DNA of 63,530 bases, counting the filler. It is 15 parts of 15 records of this genome, joined end to end, with 100 filler letters (N's around TTAATTAATTAA, not from the genome) between each part and the next. Parts side by side here need not be neighbours in the genome. Positions count along the whole stretch, not along the records: positions 45,670 to 49,747 come from SRR15195285_9325; positions 49,848 to 55,703 come from SRR15195285_9333; positions 55,804 to 59,012 come from SRR15195285_9339; 12 more parts are not named here. One strand, given 5' to 3'. The translations under genes and the position numbers were made by a program. The first letter of the stretch is position 1, and each line of letters opens with the position of its first letter. Shown here piece after piece: positions 45,670 to 58,369 of this stretch. The notes below the pieces were generated by a model that was not told where the DNA came from, did not search any database, and saw only the letters and a list, made by a program, of their open reading frames with translations.

Positions 45670-48600
45670 AGCGTCCTCCTCTGCCCTCAGCCTCGGCTCA
45701 CCAGCATCGGCAAGCAACTCTGCAAGGTGACCGTTCAAGCCCACTGTGTCGTGTAGATCTATTAAATCGGACTTTACTGCAGACGATACTTCAGTCTCGT
45801 CCAAGATTTGAAGCTCTCGGACCCGAGCCGCTCCAGCAGAGCCGGGCAAAAGTCCTCCGAGCACACCCGCCCGCGATGCGGTGGCCTGATCAGTGACACT
45901 GGGGACCAAATGGTTCCTTACTTCCTTCTCTTCTGCGCTCTGCAAGTTGTAGACGTATTGAGCTGATGATAGGCCAGTGGCATCTGTGCGAGTGTCTTCT
46001 GTGGCATCCAATACGTCCATGAGCGCAGCAGCTTTGGCAGCCGCGGCAGCCTTCTGCGCATCTGTCACAAGAGGAGAAGAGGCCATTGGCGGTACAGCAC
46101 CGTTGTGCAAGGCGAGAGTGATAGGTCTTCCCGCCATTCGAATCATCGCAATCTGTCCTTTGTAGTCCAACCCAGCAGTATGTTCTCCGTTGACTGACAT
46201 GAGTGTCAGTCCAGGGCACAGCCTTCCATCTGATTTTGCTTGCGAGTTCGGTTTGATCGACTTGACAACACACCTGGAATGTTCACCTCCAGGAGTGAAC
46301 CATACAATTCCTAGTGGTTTTACCTCAGTAAACGTCGATTCAAACACGCCCTCGGGTGTTTTAGCTACGACTTCTTCTACACCTTCGCTATTTTCGCGGT
46401 TCTTAACGAATGTTAGTGTTACTGGACGTCCTGCAGTCTTCAACGAACTCATTGCTTGCTGGTAAGTGCCAATCGCGTGGCCATTGATTGTCTGCAACGA
46501 CAACCCAGCCACAAGCTCTGGAAATCTTGCAGCCTGTGTGCCTCGCTTCACACCAACGATTTCCACTCTGTGGCCAGCCGACTGAGACTTCAATGACAAT
46601 CCCAGAGGACCGAGTTGGGAAAACGTTGCAGTGACCAAGTCGTTGTAGACCTCACGCACGACACTTGAATTGTTGACTTCTTCAACTGCTGCTACATCGC
46701 CAGGCCTTTGTGCAGCAGAACCGAGCGCAGAAGGAGGCTGCGGTCGCAAGCTCAGAGTAATCGGACGTCCGGCCGAACGAATTACACCGATCTGTGCTTG
46801 AAAGTCCAAATCTTTCATAGCACGACTTTGGACAGCAACTAGTGTCAAGCCAGGCCGCAACGACGGGTTCGCCGCAGCTTGAAACCCGTGTTTGATTTCC
46901 TTGACAACAAGCTGATCCGTGCCAGCCTCTGTGGACTTCGACCAAGTGATTCCCAGTGGAGCAACGTCATTGAACGTCGCTTCAAATGATCCGTTTGCGT
47001 GGTCACTAGTCACAGATGCCACGGCAACCTTCGCAGGGGCGGGATACGTAGCCCCATGGACATCATCCTGGCTACCAATGCTGCTGGTGAACACACACGT
47101 CAAGGGGCGGCCTGCGGCCTTGATTCTTTCGATTACCTGTCTGTGCGGCTCACCTTCTACTGAGACACCACCTACACTCATCAACGCCAACCCAGGCTTC
47201 AGCTGCGCGTGAGACTCCGCTTGTGTCCCAGAGTTGACACCGATCACCACCACCTGTTTAGTCTGCTTGTTCGTCGTCAACCGAAGACCAAGGGAGCCGG
47301 GCATTGTGAACGTGACCGCAGTTTCATCAAATTGTTGTTTCGCAGCACCGGCAGTTGCCATTTTGTCTGCTTCAACGTCAGGGCTTTCGGTGAACAAACC
47401 GGTAGCCCTACGGGAAGCAGCGGCAAACGACGTCGCAGCAACCTCGGAGGCAGATCGCTCCGTCTCAGGGGTTGTTCTTGGCTTGGCTTGGAGTGATCTG
47501 ACCTGCAATGCATGCGCAGACTCCATTGCGAGCATCTTGGCCTCCAATACTCGTGTCTTCTCGGCAAGTTCTGCCTCAAGCTGCTCCCTTTCACGTTGGT
47601 GTTGCTCGGCAGTTGCCCGTGCAGCAGCGAAAGCTGCAGCTGCGTGTTGCTTTTCGAGTTCATCCAACCTGTGTTGCATAGCTTCATCTGCCAAGGTCTG
47701 TGCCTGGCGAATCTCGTCCTCAGCCTTTGAACTCACACTCCTTAGTGTTGCTTGCAATGTCTCAACTTCAGATTGCAGTGACAGGTTGGCGACGTCACTC
47801 TGACATCCGAAGGGGTCTGGCATGGTATCGACCGAGGCAGCTACCCGCCCAGGCTGAAGTTGTGGTGTAGATGTTGCGCATGAGGCTGATGCTGGCGCTG
47901 CCTCATCACTCGAGATAGAAGCCTGCAAGGTTCGTAATTGTGCCTCTGCAAATAGCCTAGCTTCAGTTTCTCGACGCACGACTGCCTCCATGGCTGCCAT
48001 TTCCGTCACCACCTCAAGTGACCGCGCATCAGCATTGACCAAGAATTCAGCACCGGTGGCTGTATCCATTTCCGGCACCGGTGTATCAGATGAATCTCTG
48101 GTAGCCATAGGGTGTCGGAAAGCTGATCCGTTCGCAGGATGATCGACAGCATCGATCAAATTGTGGCCAGATATATGGTCGTCTTCCACGTCAGAAATGT
48201 TCGAGTTGTCGGAGCTTTTATCTCGAACTGCGGAAGTTAACATGGTAAATACCTCTGACTCATCCACTTCATCAGTCAATGCAAACTGTGCCTGAGTCTC
48301 AACCGGCTCTGGCTCGGGGTGTAGTTGCACAGCCAGCCCTGATACAGGATCTACGTCAGCAAGGTGACGAACCTGCGAACTTTGGAATGGAAAGGGTGAC
48401 GCAGGCGGTGAGGGCGGCTGCAGTGCTGCCCCAGCGATGACCGACAGGCCCGACAGTGTACGATCTTGCAGCCTCATCCTCTCTACTTCGCTGCTTTGAT
48501 TTGCTTCTGACTGTAGATGCGCTCGAATGTCGCGTAGCTCTTTGGTCCGCAGGTCCACGATCTCCTGGGACAAGGTCGACACAAGAGAACGTAGTTCAAC

Positions 48601-49747
48601 CATCTCATCGCGATTGGAGGTTTGCGATGTAGTTTTCACCAGTTGGTTGAGTTTCACATCCATCTCATTCTGCCTGCGACGGATCTGGGCTAACTCCGGG
48701 TCACGGTCATCCAGCACTGACATATGTGAAGACTCTAGCGTAGCCACACGACTCTGAGATTCCTCCAGCTGGCTCTCAAGCTGTGCTACGCGCTCGAGCG
48801 CTCCTTCCAGTTCAGACACTTCAGGTATGGCGTCTACGGTGGTCTCAGGCTCCTCCTTCAGTTGCGTGTTATGCTTTGCTTGTTCGGAAAGGACTATGTT
48901 TGCATCCTCCGCTGTAGTCAGGGCGTCAATTGTCTCTTGATGAACCTCTTCCAGCTGCGCAATATGCACCAAAACGCAACTTAAAGTGGATCTCTGAGCC
49001 TGAGCCTGGCATCTTAATTTATCAGAATCATCATCGGGAGAAGGCTGTACAGCGGCAGCCGACATCTGAGCCAAAAGCTCCTCTGCTTCATGAGCACGGT
49101 GAGTTTCACTCTTCGCACGATCACGTGCCTCTGCCAAAGCAACCTCCATCGCCGTCTGCGTATCTAGAAGCTGTTTCATCTCCCGTTGTTGTTTCGCGAC
49201 CTGCTCTGCTTCCTCCGCATGAACAACTGCGCTCTGAGCCGCAAGGGTGCCTGCAGTGGCCAGATCGGCCTCCAGAATGCGGCACCGGCGGCGTGACTGG
49301 TCTAACTGCTGCTCGAGCAGTTCATTATTCTTGGTCAATGCAGTCATCTCCCGGGCCGTCTGCTCATGTGCAATAGAGAGCTCCATGGAAGCATCAGCAG
49401 TCCATGCCATTTCCTGCTGTAGGTCATCAATTTGATCCCTCATCGCAGCCTTCTCGTCCATCAGGGCTTGAGTCCGTTTCGCCATCATGACAGTTCTACT
49501 GGCACCGAACATGCCACCCAATTTCGTTCGGCGCTGAGAATTGCCTGCTAAGTCTGGAACCGGTTCGCGTTCCGGGTTGGGCAACGCCTCGGATTGAGGC
49601 TCCAACTCTTGCTCGGTTTCGTGCTGCGACTCAACGTCCGCCCTTGCTTCTACATCCAACTCCTTTTCTGATTCAGTGTCGTGCTCCTCCTCAGCCAATT
49701 CTGGAGATGCCATCAGCTCATCACCCAAGTCTGCACCCTGATATTGC
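45670..49747 (-). CDS. Large coiled-coil protein with four PDZ domains, open at both contig ends
   Basis: Uninterrupted frame across the contig. PDZ starts TFTMPGSLGL, TFNDVAPLGI, TFSQLGPLGL, TFTEVKPLGI, each ending AGRP(L/I/V)T. Confidence 0.88.
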
Positions 49748-49847
49748 NNNNNNNNNNNNNNNNNNNNNNNNNNNNNNNNNNNNNNNNNNNNTTAATTAAT
49801 TAANNNNNNNNNNNNNNNNNNNNNNNNNNNNNNNNNNNNNNNNNNNN

Positions 49848-52800
49848 ATCGGACGTCGTCCGCAGGGCCTCGGCGTGGGCCGATGCATGCGCCTCTATCT
49901 CTGCCCGAAGCTCTGTTTCTACTTCTTTTGTTTGATGGGTAGCCTGCAACAGCTGGTGAGTGTGTGCCGCTGCCATCTCTCGCTGCTCGGTTGCCAGTGC
50001 TTCTTTTTCTTCCTGGTGCGAGTTCATCGCGTGTCTCATTGCGTTGGCATGCGAAATCTTGTGACTATCCATTTCGTCCTTCACTCGTGCAATGCCTTGC
50101 TGTTTCTCAGCCGCTAGAGCTACTCTCGTCTGTTTGTGCGAGTCCTTGAGAATCCGAAGCTCTGCACCGTGGGCACCTCTATGTTCTGCCAGCTCAACGC
50201 GCGCTTGGTGTACTGCTGCAGCGCGTGCGCTCTCAAGTTCCTGCACTTCACCGCGTAGCGTCCTGTGTAAGGCTTCCGCCTCGTTTTGCTTCTGCTCTAG
50301 TACAGAAGAGTGCGACTGCTGTAAAGACTGGATTTCCGCCGAATGCCTGCCCAGTAAAGCTTCCTTTTCCTGCGCGAACGATTCAGATGTTGTGCGCAGC
50401 GCGTTGGCCTGGGCTTCTTTGAGCTCAGCCAGCTCCGTAAGCAGATCAGATCTGTCTGCTCGTGCTTTTTGAGAAGCAGCATCTTGCTGCATTGCGTGTG
50501 CAGCGGCTGCTTTGCTTGTGGCGTCAGCGTGTGACTCGTTCAGGGTTGCCAACTCTGACTCGTGCTCGGCAAGAGTCCTTTGTATCGATCGCTCGTGCAG
50601 TTCTTGTTGCTGTGCCATCCGGTTTCGCAAGTCCACCTGGGCATCCCTTGCACTCCTAGCCGAAACGGCTGCTTCTGCCTTATGCGTGTCGTGAGCACGT
50701 TTGAGGGCAGCATAATAGCCTGCCTCATGAGCCGACAGCTCTGTCTTGAGCTCCACCTCTCTGTCGCTTGCAGCTTGTCGCGCGGCCTGCAATGCTTCTT
50801 GGTGAGAGATCTGAATGTCAGACATCTCGGTGCGTAGGACCTGCTGAGCTTTGTTCGACTCAATTTTCATCTCCTCGATTGAATCAAGGAAGGTGCTGCG
50901 ATTATCCTGAAGCAGTGTCTGCAGCGCGGCTTGCGAAGAGGTAGCCTCCTCTTTCCACTTATCAAGTGTCTCACAAGTAGCAACCTTCTCAAGAGCTGCG
51001 GTCTCCAACATTGTCAACAAGGCTGCTATTTCTGCTTGAGAAGACTCTTGCTTTCGCTTAAGCGTGTCCCGGGCACTACTCATAGATACTGCATGACTTT
51101 CATTCTGCTGCTCTAGTTTGCTTTGCAATCGGCTGATCTCTGCTTTGCAAAGCTCAGCTGTCTGCTGTACCATCTTTTTGTGTCTCGCCATCTCAGCTCG
51201 CAGATGCCCAACTTGAGTTCGTGACTCTTGCCCAGCGAGACTGTAGAAGGACACAACAGATGGCTCCTGTGAGAAGGCGGTAGTCTTGACCGCGTTCTTC
51301 TTCTGTTCCTTTTTGCTTCTGTATTTGGCTACCAACGACAGATCCACTGACTTCGCGCTTACCCATGCATCATACACCTTGGTGCGACCTGCATAGCGGA
51401 CTTTGTACTCAGTATGGCCGTCCCGTTCGCGTTCGTTCAGTACACCTTTGACTTGTGGACTTTGAATCGCTCTCTCATCCGTCTTCTGCACACGTGTCTC
51501 CAGCGTCTTAAGCAGTTGCTCGAATTCGTCATCATTGATGCACCCAGTACCGGCAGTGTCAACGTCAGCGAACAGTTGATCAATCAGTTCATCGCTAACA
51601 GGCGCAGTGCAGCCAGTTTCCTGCAGGTGAATGCGAGCCATTGCCCTCGCTTGCTCACAGGTCAACTGCTTGGCTGACGCAGCAGCAGCAATGAGCTGCT
51701 CCCATTCGTCATCGTCAATGTAACCAGACTTGTCTAGATCGAACCGATCAAAATATCGATCTATCCACTCATCACTGACATTCCAGCGTTTGCCATCGTT
51801 TTTTAGTTGCAAGCGAAGCATCGCACGGCATTGCGCACGGCCTAAGCGCTTGTTCGATTCTGCTGGAGACCAGGCCACGAACGACGCACTTTGTGCATGG
51901 TCGCCTTCTGTCTTCGTAGGTGACCAAGACGGTTGCGAAAATTCATGAGCAACGTCACTTGCATCTACATCAGTGCGTGGACTAGACGCACTGCTCAGCT
52001 TCAAGAGTTCAGCAAGCGCAGCGGGCATCGATCCTGTGCTGCCAAAGAATGCACGGTGATGCAGGCGCATCTTTGCTGATGACCAGTGTAGCTGTGCACG
52101 AATGCGGGGCCTCACGTCTACGCCCTTTGCTGTAAATATGCCGAGAACAGCTGCCAGCGCGTCATTGTCTCCAATTGCACGGCACATGAACTCAGTGGCA
52201 TCGCTATGAGGTCCGTCCTCGTCGACGGTTCGCAAAGTCAAACTGAGAGCACGCCATACACCGTCCTTGACCTCATTGAGTTTGTCGGTGTCGGACTTGT
52301 CACCACAAGAACCAAAATTTGCTGCGGAGATGCTGCTCATTTCAATCTGCCACGATTTGCCTTCTATACGGAGCTCTTTTCCAGAGGCTTCATCCACGGC
52401 CAAAGCATCCCGGCATACGACCCAAAGAGTGGTGCAATCTCCGCTCAAAAGAATGGTTGCTGGTGCATTCATTTGATTAATGTTTTCTCCGTTTCTGATG
52501 CTAAGCAGCTCAATGTCGATACCAAATTGTAGATGACGGAGGTATCTAGAAGTTGGCGCTAGTGTTTTCTGCGCCAGGCGTTGTGCTGCGTTGATCTCCT
52601 CCTCCATGCTAGCAACAGCTGCGCGAGCGGCCGCCAGGCGGGTCTCTGTATCTAGTGCATTAGCTGGACGTTCCCTGCGTTGGAGCTCCCCTTCGGCATT
52701 TTCACGCGTGGCAATCTGCAGACCAAGCGATTCCAGCAGCTGCACCCCCCAGCGGCCGCTCCGAAGTCTGTCTGTAGTCTCGTGCATTTGATCTACCGCA

Positions 52801-55268
52801 GACTTCGCCCTGTCTGCTTGTTCCTCAGCACGTCCAAGCGCAATGGCAAGCTCTGCCGACCTCGTCTTGTCTGCTAGCGTTAACGACGATGCTGTGTGGG
52901 GGCGTGATTTACTGGCCTGCACTCTTTTCTTCAAGTCAGCAAGCTCTGCGACGGTGTCAACCCACCTTTTGAGGCTGAATGTAACAACCACAGGACGTGA
53001 CGCAAGTAAGCTTTCCAACTCCGACATGGCGAGATGCGGAGCAATCGGGCTGTCATTTACTGCGGTGACGAGGTGACTGGCTGTGATTCCAGCCAACGCA
53101 GCGGGGGTGCCTTCACCCACATCTTCGATGATGCCGCCTGATGCTACTGAGAGGCCTATTGGCAATGTATCGCCGAAGTGCACAGTGATAACCTCGAGTT
53201 TCACATCCTTCCCGTCAGGCAGAGCTGATCTGCCTGTCCATGTAGGTAACGCGGCAATCATTTGAGACCACTGGGCTCCATCAATGCACCCCTTGCGAGC
53301 AACGTCAAACTGATAGTACAGGGAATCGATCCATTCGGTCGAGACGCTGCTGGTTATACCATTCTCTTCGCGATCTTTCTGCGCCAACAGGTCTACGCAC
53401 GCTGCCTTGCTGTCTTTGGCTTCCATGGCAGCTTCGAGCCTCTCAGTACTGATTCCTGATTCCTCCACTCGCTTTGTCAAAGCATGGAGCGTTAGGAAGT
53501 TGAGCTCCTGCTTCAGCGGCAACATGCGCGCCTCCTCTGCTGCTTCTAGTTGAGAAGGCACCAGTTGATGCACGCGCGCTCTAGTCAGAGTCGTTCCTGG
53601 GTGTGCTGCGTCCGCCTCTACATCGGCTCTACTGCTCGTGCTCTGAACCACATCTTGCGCTGTCAGCGTGGCTAGGCGCTGTTCTGTCTGAATAGCAGCC
53701 GACCATGAGCCGGACGTGAAGCCCAGGCTCTCGGCGGCAGCTCGCTGGTCGGCGCTGAGACTTGGCCAACTGGCCTTTGTAGTCCACGGCAGCTCATGCG
53801 ACGTGACCATGTTGGTCAAGGCGCGCACCCACATGTCCTTTGCTTCCATGTCCGGTGCAACCAGCAGCAATTCCTGGTCTCCAGCGACTACTGTCAGCGC
53901 CAGCTCTCGATACTTCTCTAGCGCGCCGCCGTAGTCAGCCCACCATGTTTGAAACGCAGCAAAATCTAGCGTGCCGTGTCCGTTCATCGTTTTAGTTGCG
54001 GCCTCTAGAGGCTTCTTGCCGAGCTTCTTGCCGGTTGCTTCGCGGTAAAGCGCCACCAGACCATCGTTGTCCATCTCCCCGCGCTCTCCAGATTCGAATT
54101 TGTCGAACCACTCCCGCGCGCTGGGAGTGGTGGCAGTTGGTTCCACATGGACTAGGGGCTCGGTCTTCCGAGGCTTTGCAGTTTTTTTCTTGTCCCAAGA
54201 GATCATGCCTTTCTCCGGCGATACCCAGAAGAACCGGGTGTGCTTCTTCTCGCCAGTGGGATGGAACATTGTCAGATACCCACCGTGCTCAACACCCACG
54301 GTGGCGACGGCCTTCTTTTGATCGAGCACCTGGTTTGCCCTGGACTCTCTGACTGAACCTAGGGCAGCAGAGGCTACTGATTTGGGACTGGGGCTGCCTT
54401 GACGGCTGCCAAGGCTGTCGTGCTCGACGTCAATCTCCAGACGCGGGCTGCCTGACCCCGATACTGGCGACAGCACTACACGTAGCGGCACATCATCACC
54501 TTGCTCCGGTTGCGGGCTTCCTTGCAGGGACGCGTGCAAGTCTTTTGCAAGGCCTGCCGCCTCCTCAAGCTCATCCAAGTGATCGTGAAGCCCATAGACA
54601 TTGATGAACTCTCCGAATGCTATGTACTCCTTCACTGCCGGAACTTGAACCAAGGAGTCGCGAGTGATCGTGCCCTCAACGTACATCTGCTCGAGCTCTT
54701 CCATGGTGGACATTCGAGGCCCTTCGGAGCACACGTGGACGATCTCCTGAGGTATGCCGGCCATCCCTGCGATAGTGGTGTCGTCGTGTCCGCCTTCTTT
54801 CTCCGGTTGGAGGGTCTGCATGTTCGGGTCGGCAGCAGAGCTAGCAGCCGGTGAAGGCGAGATGCTCGGCAGCGGTGAAGGCGTCATACGCGACGTGTCC
54901 TCTTCCGTGTAGGATAACGCATCGTGCATTTCCTCTGCTGTGTCAAAGGAGTCGTAGGTCGTGTACGAGGTCTCGGAGCGCGCGTCTGCCGCCGCCGCCT
55001 CCCTGGCACTCGCCTCGTTGGCGCGCAAGAAGATCCTCGCCTGCGCCCGCTCCACCGCAGCATGCGCCCTCGTTGGGTCGCCCTGCACCACCGCAAGCGC
55101 CGCCCTCGCCCGCACCGTCTCGACCTCCCAGCCGGGCTCCTTCGCCCGCACCGCCGCGACGACCTTCTTCAAGCCCTTCGGGACTGTGCACTGCGAGAAC
55201 GCCTCGGACACCGCCACGAGCAGCTCATCGTCGCCCGGCGCGAACCCGCCCACCTTCCGCTCCGCCAT
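49848..55268 (-). CDS. Very large multidomain scaffold: GYF-like, PH (split by EF-hands), EF-hands, PDZ, second PH-like, chromo-like domain, long coiled coil; 3'-partial
   Basis: Single frame of about 1800 codons from a likely ATG at 55268. EF loops DLDKSGYIDDDE and DTAGTGCINDDE. PDZ LPIGLSV...AVND...RPVVVTF. Chromo-like EYKVRYAG....DAWV. Confidence 0.85.
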
Positions 55269-55673
55269 GGCCCTCCCCTCACCGCTGCCGGGGCTGCCGC
55301 CGTCGTCCTCTCCAACGCGCGTGTGGCGGGACACTGCCAACCGGCTGCCGCCCACACCTGGAAGCAGAACGCGTGGCGGTGCGTGCGTGGCTCGGGGCAA
55401 GAATAATCACCCCTCACACCGCCTGCTCGAAGCCCCCTTGGCTTGCTTGCAACGCGCCCTCGACCCCCTCAGGGCGCCGAGCCGTAACCGTTCACGGTTC
55501 AAACCCTCACCGTTACCTGAGCCAAAAATGCGCAAAAAGGCTCTGATTACGGGGGACCGAAACACGGACCCGACGTCGTGGGGATCTGCTGCCGCCGCCG
55601 AATCACCTGTGCCACACACTGCACGCCGTATGTGCCCTACACAAGTGCGCGACACTTATGCGACGCTTTAAAC

Positions 55674-55703
55674 CAGCCGTTATACAGCCGTTATACAGCC
55701 GTT
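55674..55703. repeat. 11-bp tandem repeat (CAGCCGTTATA)n at the contig end
   Basis: 2.7 copies running into the linker. Confidence 0.85.
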
Positions 55704-55803
55704 NNNNNNNNNNNNNNNNNNNNNNNNNNNNNNNNNNNNNNNNNNNNTTAATTAATTAANNNNNNNNNNNNNNNNNNNNNNNNNNNNNNNNNNNNNNNNN
55801 NNN

Positions 55804-55825
55804 AGGGCATAAGGCCTTATGCCCT
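55804..55825. repeat. Perfect 22-bp palindrome at the contig start
   Basis: AGGGCATAAGGCCTTATGCCCT equals its own reverse complement. Confidence 0.95.
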
Positions 55826-56379
55826 ATATCAGATGCGATATGATTGGATCTCTCTCTCTTGTGTTGAAGGAATGCGTAAACTAGGAAGAGAATCAGGGTA
55901 TCCAGGCTAGTCATGCAGAATTTCCCATAATACAATTCAAAACAAAATTCTCCAAACTCAAAAAATCACTTGCCTAGCCTAACCGAAGAAGGATGACTAC
56001 CACCTAAAACAGAGTCACATAGCGATACTCATAGTGTGAATTCAGGGTGTCACCAAGTGAAATGAAGCAACCTTAATGGCATTGCATTGGGGCATTGGCA
56101 TGGCGAGGCTGCTAGAGAAACTTTTTCATCTACATGCCGTGGCGCGAGACTGCATTCGGTGAGCATCAACAAACACTGTGCAAGCGTGGGTGCATTGAAG
56201 ACCCACCGTGTTTGTATGCTGTGCTATTCTACGCAACTGAACCACCCGTAGAGCAGGGCAAACTACGCTCTGTGGGGGCCACTGGCGACTACGGGATAGG
56301 CACACGAACTCCGCGCGGTTCGATATGGGGAACAATGCGCCTGCGCGGGGCTGTGACCCCTGTATCTCCAAGTCTCCTT

Positions 56380-57749
56380 TCAAGCCTCTAACGCGTACAG
56401 CTCATCATAGATGGAAGACATGTCGCCGATCGGCTTGAGCCACAGGTCGCTCACAACCTCCTCCACGGTGCGACCAGACACCTCAGCTTCGTGTGCCCAC
56501 GCGTCCTCCAGTCGCTTCCGAGAAATATAGGTTGAGGTATTCGAGGAAGTATGACGCTGGCCTGGTTCCTGGAATCTGGCCGAGGTCTGCACAGGCATTC
56601 CAGCGTTCGTCGCCCCACCAGTGCGCCAAACAATTCTCTCTCTCGACATGCTAAAGTACGACAATGGTCTGTCGGCGAACTCCTTGGCCGCCTTCTTGTT
56701 GGTGTGAATCAGCTGACCGCACACACAAGATGAGAATACACACTGTCAACGCAACTCCACAAGTCACAGAATAGGAAACAACTTCTTACATCTTTCCGTT
56801 TTGATGCAAGGAATCCCGATGACCCCATCAAGGACTGCGTCGACGTCGGCCGTGTGACGGAGCTAAGGTCTTGCATCGACTGCGACCAGTAAAGCCCTGG
56901 CCCCAAGGTGGATGGATCCCCATGTCGCTCCTTGCGCGACTTTCGAGGTCGAATGCCACTCGGTCGTGCGAAGGACGAGTCGTTCCTAAGGGTGTAGGGC
57001 CGCTGCGTCTCCGGGTCAATCGCACCCTTTAGCCACTCAAAATCAGGGTTCTTTGGGATGCCGTACTGCCCAGGGCCAGTGGTTCCAGTGTCCTTGGTCG
57101 GGTCCCGCCCATCGCCACGGACAGAATCAAATCGAGTCTGTTTGCTCTTGAAGGATGCTTCTTCACGATCCATGTAACGCCGCCTGTCCGACATGACCGA
57201 CTCGGCGTCATAGTCGCCTGGACCCACCGCCGCCTTATATTCAAACAGGTCGGCGTCGAATCGTTTGGCTCGCTTGCTGCCCCAACCCATCCGGGTAGAC
57301 ATCGCGAGGTTCGGGCTGACCTTGTACTGTTGCCAGTGTTGCGCATCCTCGTCTTCAATCTTGAAGTGACTCGAGGGCATGGCCGCTTCCTCTGCTGGAG
57401 TCCGTGTGCCGATTACGTGGCCGTCGCGCGCAGACTTTGCCCAGCTAGAGTGCGTTTTGCTCGTGCCGTACCGCTCGTCCACCTCGTCGTTCGGCTGTTC
57501 GTAAGATCCGGGCCCAATCTTCGTCTTATACTCATCGCGCGGTGCATCGTCCTCGAACTTTGGAGTGCGCGAACTGAACATGTAGGTCTTTGGATCCGCG
57601 CGATAGCGACCTTCGCCGTCCCCCGACACGTAGGCGCTGATCTCTGGCGTCTCCTCTCCGCTCGGCCGCGTGCGGGTCGCAAGGAAGCCGCGACCGCTCT
57701 GCCAGCTCGGCCGCTGCGCCCCCGCTGGCGCCATTGCGGCTGCAGCCAT
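56380..57749 (-). CDS. SHIPPO/ODF3-like PG-rich repeat (flagellar microtubule-associated) protein; intron 56713-56789
   Basis: Four spaced GPGxY motifs (IGPGSY, VGPGDY, TGPGQY, LGPGLY) with F.S...RF-type linkers. A GTAAG...CAG intron joins the two ORFs in frame. Confidence 0.75.
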
Positions 57750-58369
57750 CGGCGGCTGCGGCTGCCACGTGTCCCCTGCCGCACACACTAACTACAAGTG
57801 TACACTGACGTGTCAACTCCTCTGTGGAACCTACGGAGTTTCAGTGTGCTCAGGGCGGCTCCATCCGCATCCGCGATCCGCCAGAGGGAGTTGTCAACGT
57901 ACTGCAGCGACGTGACGCAGGATGCCAAGTCTGAAGTCAACGGAGCGACCGTTGCCATGCAACCGCCAACCCCTCTGCATGCAGATGCACCGCTGGCCCG
58001 ACCTGGGAATCGCATTGAGTGTCAAAAAAATTGAGTCAGCGAGATGCGATCAGAATCTTGAAAAATGACATGCGAAGTTGCGAACACTCTCGACTCTCAC
58101 TCTGCTGAACTCTGCATGCTAGAATGCACTCTTGTCGCGCGCGCGCTCGTCACCGCGCGCCGGCGTGGAACCGCCGCGTGCATGGAGCGCGTTTTGTTGC
58201 CGCGCCCGCGCCGGGTGTGCCGTTCGTGTGTTGTGCCGCTGTCGTGAGGGCAGCGCTCGGTCGGGGACGGAGATCCTGAAGAGGGGTCGCGAGGCGCATA
58301 GTGCGAGCGACTGGTACTTTTCTTTTCCCCACCCACTTTCCTTCTTGCCTCTAGTGACGAGAGGAGAGG

